From Octopus vulgaris (Eukaryota), in the NCBI GenBank assembly GCA_951406725.2, contig OX597819.1, forward strand, positions 124,062,001-124,126,000: a stretch of DNA of 64,000 bases. The letters are read 5' to 3'. The notes under the pieces are model-generated. The model worked only from the letters and a program-made list of their open reading frames with translations, had not been told where the DNA came from and ran no database searches. How positions within the stretch are numbered: position 1 is the first letter of the stretch; the number at the start of each line of letters is the position of its first letter. The position numbers and the translations under genes are program-made. This document shows positions 63,080-64,000 of this stretch, one piece after another.

Positions 63080-63372
63080 TACTGGCACCTGTGACCAGCA
63101 TCACCTTACTGGCACCTGTGCTGGTGGCATGTGTAAAAGGATTCGAGCGAGGTCGTTGCCAGTGCCACCTGGCTGGCCCCCGTTCCGGTGGCACGTAAAA
63201 AGCACCCACTACACTCTCGGAGTGTTAGGAAGGGCATCCAGCTGTAGAAACTCTGCCAGATCAAGACTGGAGCCTGGTGCAGCCATCTGGTTCGCCAGCC
63301 CTCAGTCAAAATCGTCCAACTCACGCTAGCATGGAAAGCGGACGTTAAACGATGATGATGATGATGATGATA
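63080..63372 (+). mobile_element. Family A repeat
   Basis: Tandem units, family A block and (GAT)n tail. Confidence 0.9.
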
Positions 63373-64000
63373 ATCATTCTCCCAAGACACAACAAAATTT
63401 GTTTCAACAAATGAATTCACATTAAGAATCTTGCGAACTAAATACGAAAGCAAGCTTATAAAAAGATTCTAATTTCAAAAATACTAATCTAAGTGCTTCC
63501 CTTTGCTATTTGACTTTTATTAATTTTCTTCTAATAGTCCACAACAGTTGTGTGTTTTACTGATTTGCATTAAAACTTATAAGTCACGTTTCTGATTTTA
63601 CTGAAGCTATGTATAAAAACATCCAGAACACAACGGTTGCAAAAATGAATGACAGCACGTTCATAAGCTCCAAACATATATATATAGTTATGTTAATAAT
63701 ACAAATCAAATGCTATGTAGACACATAGCATACGATCAGCAGCTGACTAATTAATTCATAGATGAATAAATATTCATGAATTTTTCATGCCAGCGACAAA
63801 TAACAAGCAAATATTCATTTCCTCCTCTATCATCAGATCTCTCTTATTCTCTGGTGAATTTTTAGTGAAAAGCTTATATTTAAAAGGGACCGTTGTAGTA
63901 CTATTCTTACCATTCAGCTCTAATAATAATAATAATAATAATAATAATGATAAATGGTCACTACTAGTGACTCAAATTACCAAGAAAAATCCATAAGCGT

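Overview
AT-rich eukaryotic DNA that is almost entirely intronic and repeat-derived. The SINE/RTE/Penelope/MITE repertoire and CA/TA microsatellites suggest a coleoid cephalopod, probably Octopus (inference). The host gene is a minus-strand RASSF1/RASSF5-like gene. Two internal exons are well supported: 27032-26872 (C-terminal half of a C1 zinc finger) and 9524-9375 (helix preceding the RA domain). A candidate alternative ATG exon lies at 34763-34616. The introns contain RTE LINEs and about 20 copies of their VNTR-bearing 3' UTR, three tRNA-derived SINE families, CR1-like and Hero/R2-like LINE pieces, three Penelope-like elements, two TTAA (piggyBac-type) MITE families, hAT/Buster elements, a Sola-like fragment and a Helitron. 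The most unusual signal is at 25.18-25.77 kb: a non-coding 345-bp-period repeat carrying a decayed minimal hammerhead ribozyme on a long hairpin, plus an inverted partial copy, which resembles a retrozyme or Penelope pseudo-LTR. Other notable items are a ~197-bp palindrome of hammerhead half-sites next to a RASSF exon, SINE dimers sharing one junction, SINEs with swapped tails, and unusually long (35 and 62 bp) flanking duplications. Repeat boundaries were read by eye and are approximate.
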